Notes under the pieces: model-generated
The model's database searches: none
The model's input: the letters and a program-made list of their open reading frames with translations, nothing else
Told to the model about the DNA's origin: nothing
Shown here: piece by piece, positions 24,487 through 38,620 of the stretch
How positions within the stretch are numbered: the stretch's first letter is position 1
Layout: every line of letters begins with the position of its first letter
DNA from: Nymphaea colorata
Lineage: Eukaryota
Direction: 5' to 3'
Assembly: GCF_008831285.2 (NCBI RefSeq)
Contig: NC_045138.2
Span: 43,524,001 to 43,588,000, forward strand
DNA length: 64,000 nt
Made by a program: the position numbers and the translations under genes

Positions 24487-27400
24487 TATCACACCCCAAC
24501 CCTTTAACCTCAAATAACTTTTTTTTTTAAAACATAAGACATTGAGGTGCAACGACACAACAATTCAAAAGGAAATCAGCTATGTAATTCAAAACAATGA
24601 GACAACTTTCATTTATATAACAACTTTCAGTTCATATAAAAATTACGTCATACTTATCAATAATACATAAGACAAAAATGCCTCCAAATTACAACATTGA
24701 TGTCTAACAAAAATAAGACATCAATATGACCAAACAAGATGCTCCAGCACTACCATAGACCCAATACCTCCCCAGTAGGATGTGAGTAGAGCCATCTGAT
24801 CAACCTGCTACCCCAAGTCTACCAAAACCTGAAAAAGAAAGACAATTGAAGGCTTAGCCTTTGCAGTATGACAACAAGCCAGATGAATCTCTAACCCTCT
24901 AAGGTAATGGCGCAAATATGAGATATAACAAATATGAAAGTAAATCACTATCATGTCATGATAGGACATACATTTACATGACTTGACATGGAAGCCCCTC
25001 ACATATACCACGACATGTAAAGGCTAAGTCATGGTCATGATAACACATTCACAAATCACATGCAACTCATGCATAAACATATCATTCTCATTCACTTCAT
25101 TTACATTAACTTTAGTGAAATGACAGTTCCTGTGGGTGCAAATATAGGCAAATGCATACCGCGGGTGGCCTACAACTGGGAGACAACTCCCGTGGTAGCC
25201 CGAAATGATATGGATCCATTCATGCTGTAACGGAAGAGCACTTGTTCATGGATGTGTAAATTCCAAGAAAAATACTCCGCTTCCTAGGACACCCAGTTTG
25301 ATAAGGCGGGAGCCCAACGCTCCAAGCACATCACACAATGGTACCCACGGGCCTTGCACCACATGCGCTCCGAATAGGCGACACCAATGGCGAAGGCAGG
25401 ACATCTCCCAAACACATTGCCACAACCTACTGGCCTCTCATCTTTTATTCTTTCTTACTTATCATTATGTAAGCACATTCACAAAATGATCGGCTAGCTC
25501 ATGAGGCTGGTTCACTTCACGAGTGCACACATACCTCCAATTGCCTTCATACGAGGTCTACACATATAGTTAACATTCTTAGCTAGCCGTCATAACAATA
25601 CGGGTACAACTACCATTCAATTTTATTCATTTGTATTATGCTTATGACATTTATATTATGCTTATGGCAATGCATATAAAACATTACAACATTCACATCA
25701 CTCATCACATCAATCATATCTTTCAAAATATAGCTAAACCATGGAGAGTAGTCTTGATCTGTGATTGGCTCATAGTTGTCTTATGCAGTTATCATTCTAG
25801 GATGCTTTCTAACGTAGAATTGAAGTCGATGAGATACTCGACTCGACACCCCACCTCCTCTGTCCTAAACAGTTATCATTTGTAGCATGCAATGCAATTG
25901 CTTAGTAATTTTAAAAACAACATCAATCACATAATCATTCAATCTCATGCATGCATACATTCACTCACATCACAATCATTCAATCGCATCACAATCATAG
26001 GATCCAACGATCCTGAAAACACACATTCAAAAGTTAGTCCCATGCAAGAATTTTTGCCAGAAATGCCGCCATACATGTCGCACATCCACAAAACACCCAA
26101 AAACGGTCTGGTCGCTCAAGGTCTACTTGACATGCCTAGTGTACCTACAAACATAAGCAAATGATAAATTCTCTATTCGTTTTGCTTTACAATCTATACA
26201 TGTTTGAAATAGAATCATTGAGGCATAGGTCATCGCCTCAAGAGAGTGTCGATGGGTAGTATCGGCCCAAAGCCCTCCAATAGGTCTCTTCTCAACTCTT
26301 TGAGGTTGTGACCAAACGTCTAAACTCAAAGATTCGATCAATCTATCATTAACACATTTCTCACTTGTTTTCCTTAGTTGAGGTGTCTAGCCCACAATTA
26401 AGATTCTCAACATACAATGTATATGCACATCAATAGAAGCATATTTCTCAAGCTTGATAAAACGGTTCTAAACCTTCTCCACAACATCACAGTCTCTACC
26501 ATGCTTCTTAATTGTTTCAAAAATCAACCAATTATGCTAAAGAGATAGATATACATGTGGATTCTCGTCCTTCTCAAAATAGTCCTAAACTTTCCCCAAA
26601 ATTGCTACATCGCTAACATGCATTCCAAATCATCGAATCTTAAGTCTATCATTCTCAATCATTAATTATACGTGCACTAACATAAAATATTAAAAAATTT
26701 TGGCTCGATTAGGCCTCACTCATCCCAGAGGGTGTCGAAGGGTAGTATCGACCCAAAGCCCTCCAATAGGTCTCTTCTCAACTATTTGAGGTTGTGATCA
26801 AACGTCAAACTCAAAGCTTTGATCAATCTATCACTAACACATTTCTCACTTGCTTTCCTTAGTTGAGGCGTCTACCCCACAATTAAGATTCTCAACATAT
26901 AACGTATATGCATATCAATAGAATAATATTTCCCAAGCTCCCTAAAACGGTTTTAAGTCTTCTCCACAACATCACAATCTCTACTATGCTTCTTAATCGC
27001 TTCGAAAATCAACCCATCATGCTAAAGAGATAAATATACACATGGATTCTCGTCCTTCTTAAAATAATCTTAAATTTTTCCCAAAATAGCAACATCGCTA
27101 GCATGCATTTGAAATCATCAAATCTTAAGTCTAGCATGCTCATTCATCAATTATACATGTGCTAACACCATATCTTAAACAATTTAGGCCCGATTAGGCC
27201 TTGCTCACCCCAATCTTAGAGTCCACACTGTCGTAGGGTTCCCAACAGCCACCTCAAGCATACGAGTGATTCCCAAACGGCTAAAATTAACTATTGTCGC
27301 CACTTCCCAAGCCTTCAACTCGCTGGTATGAGGGGAATGATGCGTCCCCAAGCTGCAATCCAAACCAACAACTCCAAAACTAGTGAAAAAGAGTGAAAAA

Positions 27401-28094
27401 GAATTCAAGAGGAGAGTATACCATTAGAATAGGGCCTCTGGCAGTGAGGGAGCTGAAGACAGGTGATAGAGGACACGAGAGGAGGGGAGTGGAACAGAGA
27501 CAACATACGTGAGGGAAGAGTGCAGACGAAGAGGGGAGACTGACCAAGAAAGTTTGGGTGGAGGGGAGAGTGTGCGGGAGAGAGAGTGGAGGAAACAAGA
27601 GACGGGGAGCGATAGCTCTTGCAGAGAAGAGAGCGTGGGCAGAGAGAGATGCGAGAGTGAGAAGGGGGCTGCGAGTGGGAGCAACAACACACGGGGGAGT
27701 GAGAGATTGCGGGAGAGAGGGGGAGTGCCGATTGAGAGAGTTTGGGTAGAGGGAGGAGCGTGGGCTGAGAGTGGGCACTGACAGAGAAATCAGGACTGAG
27801 GGAGAGGCATCAAAAACAAAACAGCGAGACAGGGAGGAGAAGAAGAAAGAAGAGATAGAGAGATCGGCGGCTCACCCGTGCATCACCGCCGCCGCCGTTC
27901 CTCCGTTGCCGCTGCTCTTTCTGCTTCCTGTTTCTCTGCGACACAGTAGAGGAAGAACGAAGAGGAAGACGAGGTAGAAAAGACTAAGAGGAAGAGAGAG
28001 CCGGCATCGAGCTCCTCTTCACGCCTGGAGTTGGGTTTGAGTTTGGACCCGCTCCAGCCCAACCTGAAATGTCATAAAAAAAACGAGCGTTACA
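24487..28094 (-). mobile_element. Solo LTR of the Tekay/Del-like gypsy family (3608 bp including an internal duplication)
   Basis: Ends tatcacacccc ... gagcgttaca; perfect 5-bp TSD CTATT (24482-24486, 28095-28099); colinear with 54238-57414. Confidence 0.95.
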
Positions 28095-29179
28095 CTATTA
28101 AAATTGCTTTGAGCTCACCTAACCCAAATGACACAATGCTCATTCTAGTTCAACCTAACCCAATTGAGTTTGGCAAGGCCCATTTCCTTAGAAATGCTCA
28201 GTGTCTAGCCCACTTCAGCATCCTTAGCATAATAAAAACTTTAGATCAAGTCTATCATACCATACTAGCCTTAGTTCCCCATGAGCTACAGTCATTTGCT
28301 TTCATTTCAAACTTAGATTATCCCTATCACCTATGTCTCCACATTTCACTCACTTCACTTGCTCCACACAAGTGAATTGGGCTTGTCTAGTTGGAACCGC
28401 ATTGAACTTCCGTCCTTCTTCTTCAAATTCTTTTTTGCACAAACCCCATTGTGTTTCCATTATATTGTCCGGTTATCATATAGTAAACACCCCAAGTTTT
28501 TCACAATGACCAAATCACAACTTTACCTCTATACAAGAAGATTTTGAACTGAGCATTTAATAGTGATTTCAAGTGTATGAGCTAGCCATATAAAACTAGG
28601 TCCAAGCCTACCTCATTTAGGCACCTAATACATAACCTAGGATCACTACATTGCTGCCATCATGACAAATGACCATTTTGTCCCTAATTGTTAGAAAATC
28701 TTAGAAAGCTATAGTAATGATTTATAACAAGCTCAAATAAGCTAGTTCTTAGCTCTACAAGTCTCCTAGACTAGTTAAAATCAGCTCACCAAGTAGTTAA
28801 AATCAGCTCACTAGGTCAGTTGACCAACTTAAGGTAGCTCATCAAAACCTAACACTGCAATTTTTAGCTTGATCATACATCCTTCAGTCCAACCAAATTC
28901 AAACTTAGTTTATCTTAGTGGAAGGAAAGTATTATTTCATTTACTTTGAGTTACCAAACCCAAAATTCAGTTCTAGAGTAACTCAGAGATTTCTACTTGG
29001 TCACTATCTCTTCTAGTTAGCAAGGTTTGAGCTGAATTTCAGTTCAGTAGAGTGGAGTCAGCTTGAAGGGATATATGATCACATTCATCATGTTTATATT
29101 TATTTTCCCTTAGTTGGATTGAGTTCACTCATTTATGATTGAGTTAATTCAATTCCAAAGGCCCCAAACAACACTGAAC

Positions 29180-29325
29180 AACAAGTCGAGCAACTCGAGT
29201 TTGAGTTCAAGCACAATCTCTGCTAAATGACCCGAGCTCAAGTTGGCTAGGTGGGCTCATTTACTTAGTTGATTCGAGTTCAAGTTTGCGACACTCGAGT
29301 AAGCTAACTTGCCTTGGCTCGTGTC
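29180..29325. mobile_element. MITE remnant rich in CTCGAG/GAGCTC motifs
   Basis: Same motif vocabulary as 59215-60104 and 30560-30680. Confidence 0.45.
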
Positions 29326-29764
29326 TTAGATGCAATTTAGTTGTTGTTGACTAGATTCCCACAAACCTTTATAAGTTATAACATGTCGGCCCTTTATTTT
29401 CATTGTTCTTTCTCTCTCCTCTCAATGTCTCTTGAGCTTTCGCCTTCAAGGCTCAAACTACCAAGTCAGGCCATTAGGGCCGTCGTCGAGATCTCCAGTG
29501 ACTCCAACTGCTCGCCATCATGATGATGACATGATGTCAACCTCTCGCACTGCATGGTGGGTTCACTTTTTTGTTCCATTATATTTTGTTCATTTTAGGT
29601 TTTTAGTGTTTGAATCTTGCTGGAAAATGTTGTGGTCATTGCCGGCCACCTCTAGCAACCAGTAACGTCATTGATGGCACAGACCACGTCTTAAAGTTTA
29701 CTTTTCATTTTATAAAATCCCTTTTCTTGTAAGAAAGCATTAGTGAAAGAGGGTTAAAAATGCA

Positions 29765-30390
29765 TGAAACCCTAACCGATGCTTTAAACCCTCGACCAAG
29801 GGTTTCTTAGATGCTTGAAACCCTTGACCGAGAGTCATAAATGTTTGACAAACCGAAGCATTTCCTCTACCCTTTCTTACCTTGAAAAAAGCAAGGCCAC
29901 CTTGCATCCTTGAACTGACAACCATCTTTTGGCTAACCTCTAGCCTTATTTGTCCCTTGGGACCAACAAAGAGCAGGTACATGAATTTTCACCTATTGTC
30001 CATCGACTATGCATTTCGACTTGATATTAGGCCCCGGTTTACCCTTCGTGGACGTACCTTGTGAAGGAACCCTTAGGTTTTCAGGGTTTTAGAGTCTGAC
30101 AAATATTCAATCAAGGGTTTCAGATGCCTAAAATCCCCAACAATGGTTCCAAACACCTGAAATTTCCGACAAAGGTTTTAGATGCCTGAAACTCCCTATC
30201 AGTGTTTCAGGCCTTTAAGAAACCTTCAATTGAGGTTTTCAAATGCCTAAATCCCTCGATGAATGTTTCAAGCTCATTAAGTATTTCAGGTATCTGAACC
30301 ATCGAACCCCTTGACCAAGGGTTGGGTTTCTGAAGTATGAAATCCTTGACCTAGGGTTTTAGATGCTGGTAAAGGGGTTTCAAGTGGAGA
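29765..30390. repeat. Degenerate array of ~30-bp palindromic units
   Basis: Recurring gaaaccc..gac.aagggtttcagatgcct units at 29780-29830 and 30110-30385. Confidence 0.7.
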
Positions 30391-31781
30391 GTTTTCACGA
30401 GTTTCCCTTTTTCTTATTTTTTTAAAAATCAGATTGCTTCTCCTCATTGGCAGCAACAACAACAGGATGCATATTTAATACCACCTTTGACCGCCACTGC
30501 CATTGATTTACCTCTCCAACAGGAAGTGCCTCCTTTGTTGCATAGTGAAAACATATCAGGCTAAAAGAGCTGAAACGAGTCGATCTCTAGCTTTGACATG
30601 GTCAATCGAGTGGAGCTCCAGCTAACATTGTAAAGCTCGATTTGAGCTCGAGAAGAGCAAACTAGGAGTTGAGTTGAGATCAGGATTATGTTTAGTTCTA
30701 GTCCCATAGCTTTCCCTTTCTCTTGTTTTTTAGGGGTTTGAGCTAAATTTGAACACAACCCAATGAAGTCAATAAAATGGAGCTATGATCATGTTTATCA
30801 TGTATAAATCCATCTTCCCTACATCTTGTTTGAGTTCATTCTTTAGGTCTATGTTCAATTCCACTCTAAAAGTCCCATAGCCTACTGTCTCTTTCTGCCC
30901 TATTTTTAGGCATTAGAGCTGCGGTTGAGCTTAATCTGATGGAGTGAACTGAAACCAAGCTAGGATCATGTTTACATGTCTAAATCTGCCTTCTCTTAGT
31001 TTGGTTTGTGTGCGATTCAGTTCCCAAAGTCCTCTAACTCATTGCTAGTATGTGTTACACTCTATAATCACTATCAAACTCATTTCAGACAAATCAAAAC
31101 AAATTTCCAATCTATCAACATATCCTTATTGGTAAGTGGCTGATCTAAGCACCCTTAGCTCCACTAGTGAAAATTCTAATGATAACCTAGTTCATCTTTA
31201 TAATTTGGGATTTTATTCGCATTCAAAACTACTTTTTAGAACAATCAGGGAATAATTTTTTAGTGAAACTTTAACCAAAGTCTATCCAAAAGTAGGCCCA
31301 CAAGATGGTATGGTTAAATTGACCATACTCACCAGAAGCTCTAAAATCAGGAACCTGGGCAAAATAGTAATTTTCATTCACAAACATAGGACATATGCCA
31401 CATATACCTTAGTTTATGGCTTTCTTTGATTTTTAGAACTTTAAAGCAAGTCAAATCAATGATTTATGTTTATTTTAGTTCAAAACCTATACCAGGAGTA
31501 AAACCATTATTTCTTTTTCCAATCATGTTTTTCTTATGAACTCATGTTATATCTTACATATAACTGTGTTTATTGCTTTCTTTGATTTCTAGACCTTTGA
31601 GTTAAAAAAAAATCCATAATTTGAACCTATGCCAATCCAAGATCACACCTAGGGGTAAGACAACCATTTTTTTCTTATCCAAAATTTTCACCTGAACTTA
31701 GATTGTATATATCATATATGCCTTAGTTAATCAAGTTTATCATTTTCAGGCTTCCAAAGCTTAGTTTAAAATGCATTTTTT

Positions 31782-31786
<5 letters not shown>

Positions 31787-31864
<78 letters not shown>

Positions 31865-31875
31865 TATATATATAA
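31787..31875. repeat. (AT)n microsatellite
   Basis: Directly visible. Confidence 0.97.
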
Positions 31876-31999
31876 CAAGTGATCTAGATCTACAACCAAT
31901 GGCAAAATAGCCATTTCTTCTAAAATTCTTACCCACACCCAACGACAAAACGATCATTTCATTTCCGTTAACAATCATAGCATCAATTATAATCTTTTT

Positions 32000-34580
32000 A
32001 TACACATTTTTAGATCCATGAACTATTTCATCCAGGTCTCTTATATGGAATTTTGATCCAAATCTCCTATCACATCCAAGATCCATTTTTGTAGAACTTT
32101 CTCTACCTTAAATCTATGCCTATATCTGTTTGCGAGAATTTTCTTTGGATTTCGATCATGACCTAAATTTCAGAAGCATATCCCAATCTAAAAGTCCAAA
32201 TGCAAAAGTGTGCATATATGCCAAAAATGTTGTGCTTGATTTCATTCATTATGTCAGATATCAACTCGTACATATGCTAATGACTTGTGCAGAGATCTAT
32301 GTTGAGCATGCTGGTTCAGACAAAATCGAAATCTGTGCTTGTAAGACTCTGATACGAGCATTTTTTTGTTTGAAGAAGTCATATAATATAAGGTTTTAAA
32401 GCTTCAACCTCTGGTTTGCTTGTGAGGAGGGCCTATCCAAAGTTTAGTCATATATCTAAACTTTGAGAGGAGTCTCCCCCTAGCAGCTATAAATACCCCT
32501 TGAGACTTGGGGGTTTCTAACATACAAAAATATTCCAACAAAAGCTAGCACAAAAAGTTGAGAAATTCCTAACAAGTGTTTTTAAAAAACTATATCTTGC
32601 TGAAAAGAGCCTTCTAGAACATTTGTTGTGTCATTTTAGGCCCTAGTCTAAGTTAGGTTAATAGTGTCATTCCCGTTAGGGTCAAGCCAGACTTCCGAAG
32701 CTCAATATGTGAGACCAGGTAGTGCTCTACAAACGGGTGCAGGTCAGAGGTCATCGTTTCAGGTAATTTCTTTTCACTCTTTCTTTATTTTCCTTATTTG
32801 CAGTTTCATTCTTTCCTGGCTTAGCTTTCTTAGCACCATCTTTAGGTTTTGTTTTTCCACTTTTGCATGATTAGCTTACTTTATTTCTGCTTTAGTTCTT
32901 AGATTTGTAAAAAGCATGCCTTTGTTTAATTTCCTTTGTCATGCATATTAGTTTGTTTCTGCTTTAGATTTTAGATTTGTTTAAAGCAGGCTTTAGTTTA
33001 GTATAATCTCTTTTAGCGTGCTTAGGATAGTGTATTTCAGTTTTCCCTTAGATTAGATTTTAAATTCTCGAAGGTTAGAATGAACATGGAGGTGAGGTAT
33101 GCCTTCTTCAATCTTCCTTTTGTTTATTTCTAAGTTTATTCAGCTTTATTTCAAGCTTTATATCTGCATCGATCATATAGTTTCTCATTTCAGTTAAATC
33201 ATATATTGTTTAGATTTACAATCATGCATATTTGTTTTTTAAACTATACACATGACCATATCAATTTGGAATTAATGAGAAGTACTTTTTATGGTAGTTT
33301 GAGCACATCAAACTTTAATTTAGGTTAGATCATAATTGAGTATACTTTCAAAATCATAGGTTCCAATATGATTTTCGTAAAACCAAATACTTTTTATAGA
33401 AGTTTTCCAAAACCCCTAGGTTCATGCATGATTGAGACTGAGTCTAGAACCCTCCCAAGTTTTAAGTCTTCTGGGCTCCAGAACCCACTATGTAGAACCC
33501 AAAAATCTTAGACTTAATTCACCAAGCCAGCCTCTATTAGATTTCCAATGATAGACATTAAGAGTTGGTATTGGGTCTACTACCATAAACCAGACCTTGG
33601 CTCAGTAGAAAACCCAGTCAAGTTGATTTCACCTTGACTTAGACCTTAGTCAAGTTGACTTTATAATGATCAACCTAAAACCACAATTGGGTCAGCTCAT
33701 CCTAAAACTCTAAGATCTAAGCTAAATCGAAGTTCAAATCAGAACTTTGTGGAATGGACCTTAGATCTCAGACAAGTCAATACTGGATTCTAAAATTTGA
33801 AGATTGGACCTTACTGAAATTGGATTGGATCCTGATCTGAAATATTGAAACTAGATAAAGTCTAATTGTGATTTGGATCTTGACAATGGTATTGGATACA
33901 AGGACTTTGACCTTAATTATAAAAGATTCAAATATAGATTGTAGAACCTTAGATTTCAAATACAGACCTTGACGATTTGAATATTTAATATTTTGATCTT
34001 AATTATGGATTCCACAAACTCAGACTCTAGTCATCCTCTAGGGGAAATCTTGAAATTGAACCACGAAAATTAATCAAATGAACTTTGGATCTCCATTTAC
34101 AAGTTAAGAATTTAGATCATGAATTTAAATTTTGGATCATGGATTTTGGATCCAAATATGGATTTCCTCTCTTCTTGGAGCCACATCTCATAAACATTGG
34201 AAACTAGGTCTGAATTATGCTTGGCCTATAATTGCATCATCATATCTAGTACTTCACTTTGAGGTTTTTCCAGGTCATGGATCAATGATGAGCTGGACAT
34301 AAACTAAGTTTCACTTTGAGGTTTTTCCAGTTCTTAAGTCATATTTCCAATGATTTATGTAGATTTTAAATATGAACCTTTCAAATTCAGAGCATGTTTA
34401 TTTTTTATGCACTTAGGATGAGGGCAAAAACTATTACTTAGATTATGGAAAACCATATCTAGTACTTCATTAGGTTACCCCTAGTAAAGGTGTCAAGAAT
34501 GGTCAGACATCATACTGACAGGTTGGATTTCGTCTCTCGAGTTTTTGTTTGATAGAACAGAGGCGAGTGCAAGTAACATA
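32000..34580 (+). mobile_element. Long LTR-like segment, copy D
   Basis: TATA-like ctataaatacccc (32487-32499), cag|gtaatttc donor-like site (32762), tggat/tttgga-rich tract (33780-34160) complementary to 10935-11400, and the conserved block at 34473-34575. Left boundary uncertain. Confidence 0.6.
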
Positions 34581-34789
34581 TTTTTCTCATTGACAACAAT
34601 CTGCATGGAAAATTGAAAAAAAATTGCATGTGAACACATGTCAAAATGACCATATTTTGGAAACCTGACATATCTAGCTCAAGTTTGTTGGTAGCCACCA
34701 TTGAGTTAAATCTGGTCCCAATAGACCGACTAAGCATGAAACCTACTAGAAATGGCCATGGTAAACTATTTAATGCAAACTCTAAAACT

Positions 34790-35003
34790 TGCCAAATTTG
34801 GCTCAATGAGTCCATTGAATCTAGTTCCCAAAACCCTACCAAATTTAGTGGTAGTAAGCCCACTGAACTTAGTTCTTGGAAACCTCTTAGATTTAGCCTT
34901 AGTGAGTCCATTGAACCTAGCTCCTGAAACCTACAAAATTTAATGTCAGTAAGCCCATTATACTTAGTTCTGCCAAATTCAGCCTCATTGAGCCCAATTG
35001 AAC
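34790..35003. repeat. Degenerate tandem repeat, ~45-48 bp unit, about 5 copies
   Basis: Recurring aaattt.g..(c/t)agtgag(t/c)ccattgaac(c/t)tagttc. Confidence 0.75.
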
Positions 35004-35692
35004 ACAATCCCCAACAACTTTGATCTGTTATCCAATATCACTTTCTTGATTTGGATCTCCCATAACATAGTTTCATTATCCAATCTGAATCCATGATCTT
35101 TCACTCATTTTAGATCTAAACCTTAGTTCCAATCCAATGTTTTAAACATCAAATCTAGTATCACTTTCTAGATCTACGTTCCAACAAAATTTAGATCAAT
35201 CTCTATTTAATCCACCATCAATCCTCTTTTTAGATATGAGACTCAAATTTAAATGCAATATTCCAATTACAATTAATTATTGTTTCTCGTGTCAAGATCA
35301 CCTCAAAGTAATCCATGGTCTATTACCTATTTTAGTCCATATTTCAATCTCCAACCTCACTTTTTATCTAGGATTAAATAAAAACCTTGAAACTCAATTC
35401 AATTGGATCTAGACCTTTGTTTTGAGTTCAAATATTCTATTTTATTTATTGTTGAAGAGCAAAATCTTCTTTGGGGGCCAAATCCCAATGTATACTGCAT
35501 TTTAAATCTTTTGTCTAGAGATATATCTAAAGTCCAGATTTTTCTACACTAGGAAAGTATGGGGTGGTGCCAACCCCATGACCCTCTCTCTCTCTATTTC
35601 TTTTCTACCTCTCCTTTTCCTTTTTCCTTTTCCATTCCTTTCTTCCTCTCCCCCTCCTTGTCTTTTTCCTCCATCATCTGCATGTAACCTTA

Positions 35693-36352
35693 GGATACCG
35701 TTTGGTTGCAAGGACAACTATTCCTAGGACACTTGTCCTTAGAAAAAATGTCCTAAGAACCAAGAGTTTTTGTTCATATGGACAAGCTGATCGTTTGTTT
35801 GTAAGGACAAAAGTTTCCCGGACGATATATGGATTTTACACGATTCCATTTCATTCACTTGAATAATAGCCAATCATTGACAATTTGTTTGTTAATCAAT
35901 TTTCAGACTGTCCTTCTATGATTTTTTATTTGTTTCTTTCCCCAAATTCTTTCCTGAATTAAAGCTATTAACGAGTCCACTCCTGCATTATTTTGATTGT
36001 AAATCTATCCCAATATATGCACTTTGCAAGACAGATTCAGACTGGTTTCTTTTGCCATATGATAATCTTTTTATTGAGAAGGTATTTTTATTAGTTATAC
36101 ATATATTTCATTTGTTTTATCATATTATATATATATATATATATAAAGATAGAAAAATGCAAAACATGTTAAATTTGTCTGTCTAGTTATTTAAACAAAC
36201 GACAAACAAGACAAGTTGAAAAATTGTCCTTTTAAACAAACACTGGACATTATTACAACTTGTCCATATGGACAAGAACTCTTTGTTCTTAGGACACTTG
36301 TTCTAAAAACAAGTGTCCTAAGAACAGTTGTCCTTGCAACCAAATGGTATCT
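35693..36352. mobile_element. PIF/Harbinger (Tourist-like) MITE with long TIRs, ~660 bp
   Basis: ggataccgtttggttgcaaggacaacta... pairs with ...cagttgtccttgcaaccaaatggtatct; the inverted similarity extends ~110-120 bp. Left flank is TTA; right TSD unclear. Confidence 0.85.
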
Positions 36353-36501
36353 GAGGGCCCAACGTTGCTTATAAAAGCCTAGAGGAGGGATGTCCCATCT
36401 ATTATCAGCTAACAACTTCTGGGGTTTCTTGTAGGCATCTGTCTCTCCTCCTTCTTGGTGTTTATCCAAGTTGGTGCCCCCTTCTCCATGTAGGCCTTCT
36501 T

Positions 36502-36518
36502 TTCTTCTTCTTCTTCTT

Positions 36519-36548
<30 letters not shown>
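36502..36548. repeat. (TTC)n microsatellite
   Basis: Directly visible. Confidence 0.97.
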
Positions 36549-36549
<1 letters not shown>

Positions 36550-38249
36550 TGATTCCCCTTCGTTTCTAGTCATCCCCATTGCCTTTTTCATTATCTTATA
36601 TTTCCTTATAGGTCTCCCCTCTAGGGTTTCTCTTTTCTTTTTCCTCTTCTCTCTTTCTTCCCTAGGCTGTCTACTCTTGTAGAGGAAACCATCTCTTCAC
36701 TGGATTGTTCTCAAGGTGATCATAGCTTCAGGTGAGGCAACCATTCCTCTACGGAGCCAACCTAGAAGCACCATTGATGGAATATTCTTGGAAGAAGAAC
36801 CATTTCTCTTTAAGCCTTCAAACTTGCTATGTGTAGGAGGTTCATGGGTGTGTTGGAAGCTAATGCTCTAAACAAGGTGGGTATCCAATTTTTTTCCTTT
36901 TGTACTTTCATTTTCTTTTAATCAAGGGCGAAAATTGGGTTTCAGCTTCCATAAGAGATCTAGCATACTCATTCATTACCTCCTCCTGTACTTTATTTTG
37001 GTTAATTTCGTTGCTTTTTTGTCACTTTATTTTCTTTCAGAAAAATGATAAGGATTGAGATCGATCCTATGGATGGAATCCCTCAAGAAAGGATGACATT
37101 AAATGTCACACGGTATCTGGCTAAGCTTAACCATGTGTATGTTCAGTGGCATGCTAGGATTAATTATTGTGTGCATTTAGTTGTTTTTTGATGTTATTAA
37201 ATTTGTGAGCATCTAGGATCTTATATGTTTCATGAAGTTTTGACTTAAGAATGTATAAGGCCACATCGTTTTTTATGCATAACCTGTGTTAGATTTTGTT
37301 TTTTCCATTTTAGTCAACTTAGGGTTGTGATTAGGCTCTTTCTTGTTCATTTTAAGCCATTTTCACTATTGCATTCTTTTCCATTAACTACAGTTTTGTA
37401 AAAATTCAATCTTTGACCTAACTTTATAGAACCATAATAGATCTAGTTTTTTTTTAATCCATAAAAGAAAACATCTTCATGACGTGTTTAAATATCTAGG
37501 CCAATTTTTAAAAAAATCAAAGTAATTTTGGCCTTGCTTTCACCCATTTTATAGAGGTTTATTTTCTGCAAAATACATCTGATTTTTAAAATTCAAGATA
37601 TAAAAAAGGGTTTCTTAATTCTATAAATAGAATTTGTTTCTAGGATAAGTCTAGATTTCTCCACCAAAATTTCATCCAAATCCATATTTTAACAAATTTT
37701 CACATTTCTATTCTAAACTATTCATGTTTTATGCAAACTTACCTATTTTTCATCCAAATTAACAGACAACCTATCTCATCTTTTGGGACATGTTTTTCAG
37801 TTTTGTCACTTGGAGTTGTTATTCATATGCCCTTAGTTTTCTTAAACCAATTTTGAAGCTTATACAAGCTTGTTTCATATGTCTCTCATCGATTTTGCAA
37901 CAAATTGTTTTCTACAATTGTCCACCTTTTCTTTTCTATAAGGACCTAGTTCATATCATAATCGACAAGGATCATATCCCATAACCTAGGATGAGACTTT
38001 CTATTTGTCATTTGGAGGTGCTTCATAGTGTTCACCGACCAATTTTGAAGCAAATCCATGTTTATTTAGTCTACCTTTCATTGGTTTCTTAGGAGGTTGT
38101 TTTCTATAAATCTCATGTTCTCCATTTTTGTGAAGGCATGATTTCAGTAGACTTTTTGACGGTTGCATCAATGCAATTCGATGTCCCCTCTTCAGTAATG
38201 CATGTATCATTGCTTCTTTCACCCTAGTTATAAATCAGCATGGGGAACT

Positions 38250-38620
38250 ACTTTGAAAGCAAATGATAGTTGCTTTAATGCAACCTGATGTCCTATCTTT
38301 TGTTCATCTTGGTGATTGAAATTTTAGCAAAATTAAGATAGAAGAAGGCTAATCAGCATACCTTCATTCATTGTTTTGTATGAGTAAACTGATTAGCCCA
38401 AGAATTGATTATGCTAACAACATAGGACTGATCTTTAAAGCTAAGAATGGTTCAATTCATAAATCAAGGGAGATTTTGGAGGAATTTAGTGAGAAGACTG
38501 GCTTCAAATCAAACATGTTACTTTCTTTAATGTGGACAGTGATTTAAGGGTGTAGGTACAGAACTGATCGGGCTGAGACAACACTGATCTCCCAATGACT
38601 TATTTAGGTTTGCCCCCATT
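38250..38620 (+). mobile_element. L1 LINE reverse-transcriptase remnant with internal deletion
   Basis: NQHTFI...LAQELI (~38350-38410), ILEEFSEKTGFKSN (~38470-38515) and LPMTYLGLP (~38589-38616) match plant L1 RT motifs NQSAFI...LAQEL, F...SGL.IN and LP..YLGLP. Confidence 0.75.

Noticed and set aside
27380..27977. Cluster of S/L/P- or E/R-rich ORFs (also at 42372-42993, 46454-47135, 53367-54293, 56563-57384)
   Set aside because: Arise from the GA/CT-rich segment of the LTR; frames are not preserved between copies.
29765..30390. CRISPR-like palindromic repeats
   Set aside because: Units are contiguous and degenerate with no unique spacers; there are no cas genes and the context is eukaryotic.
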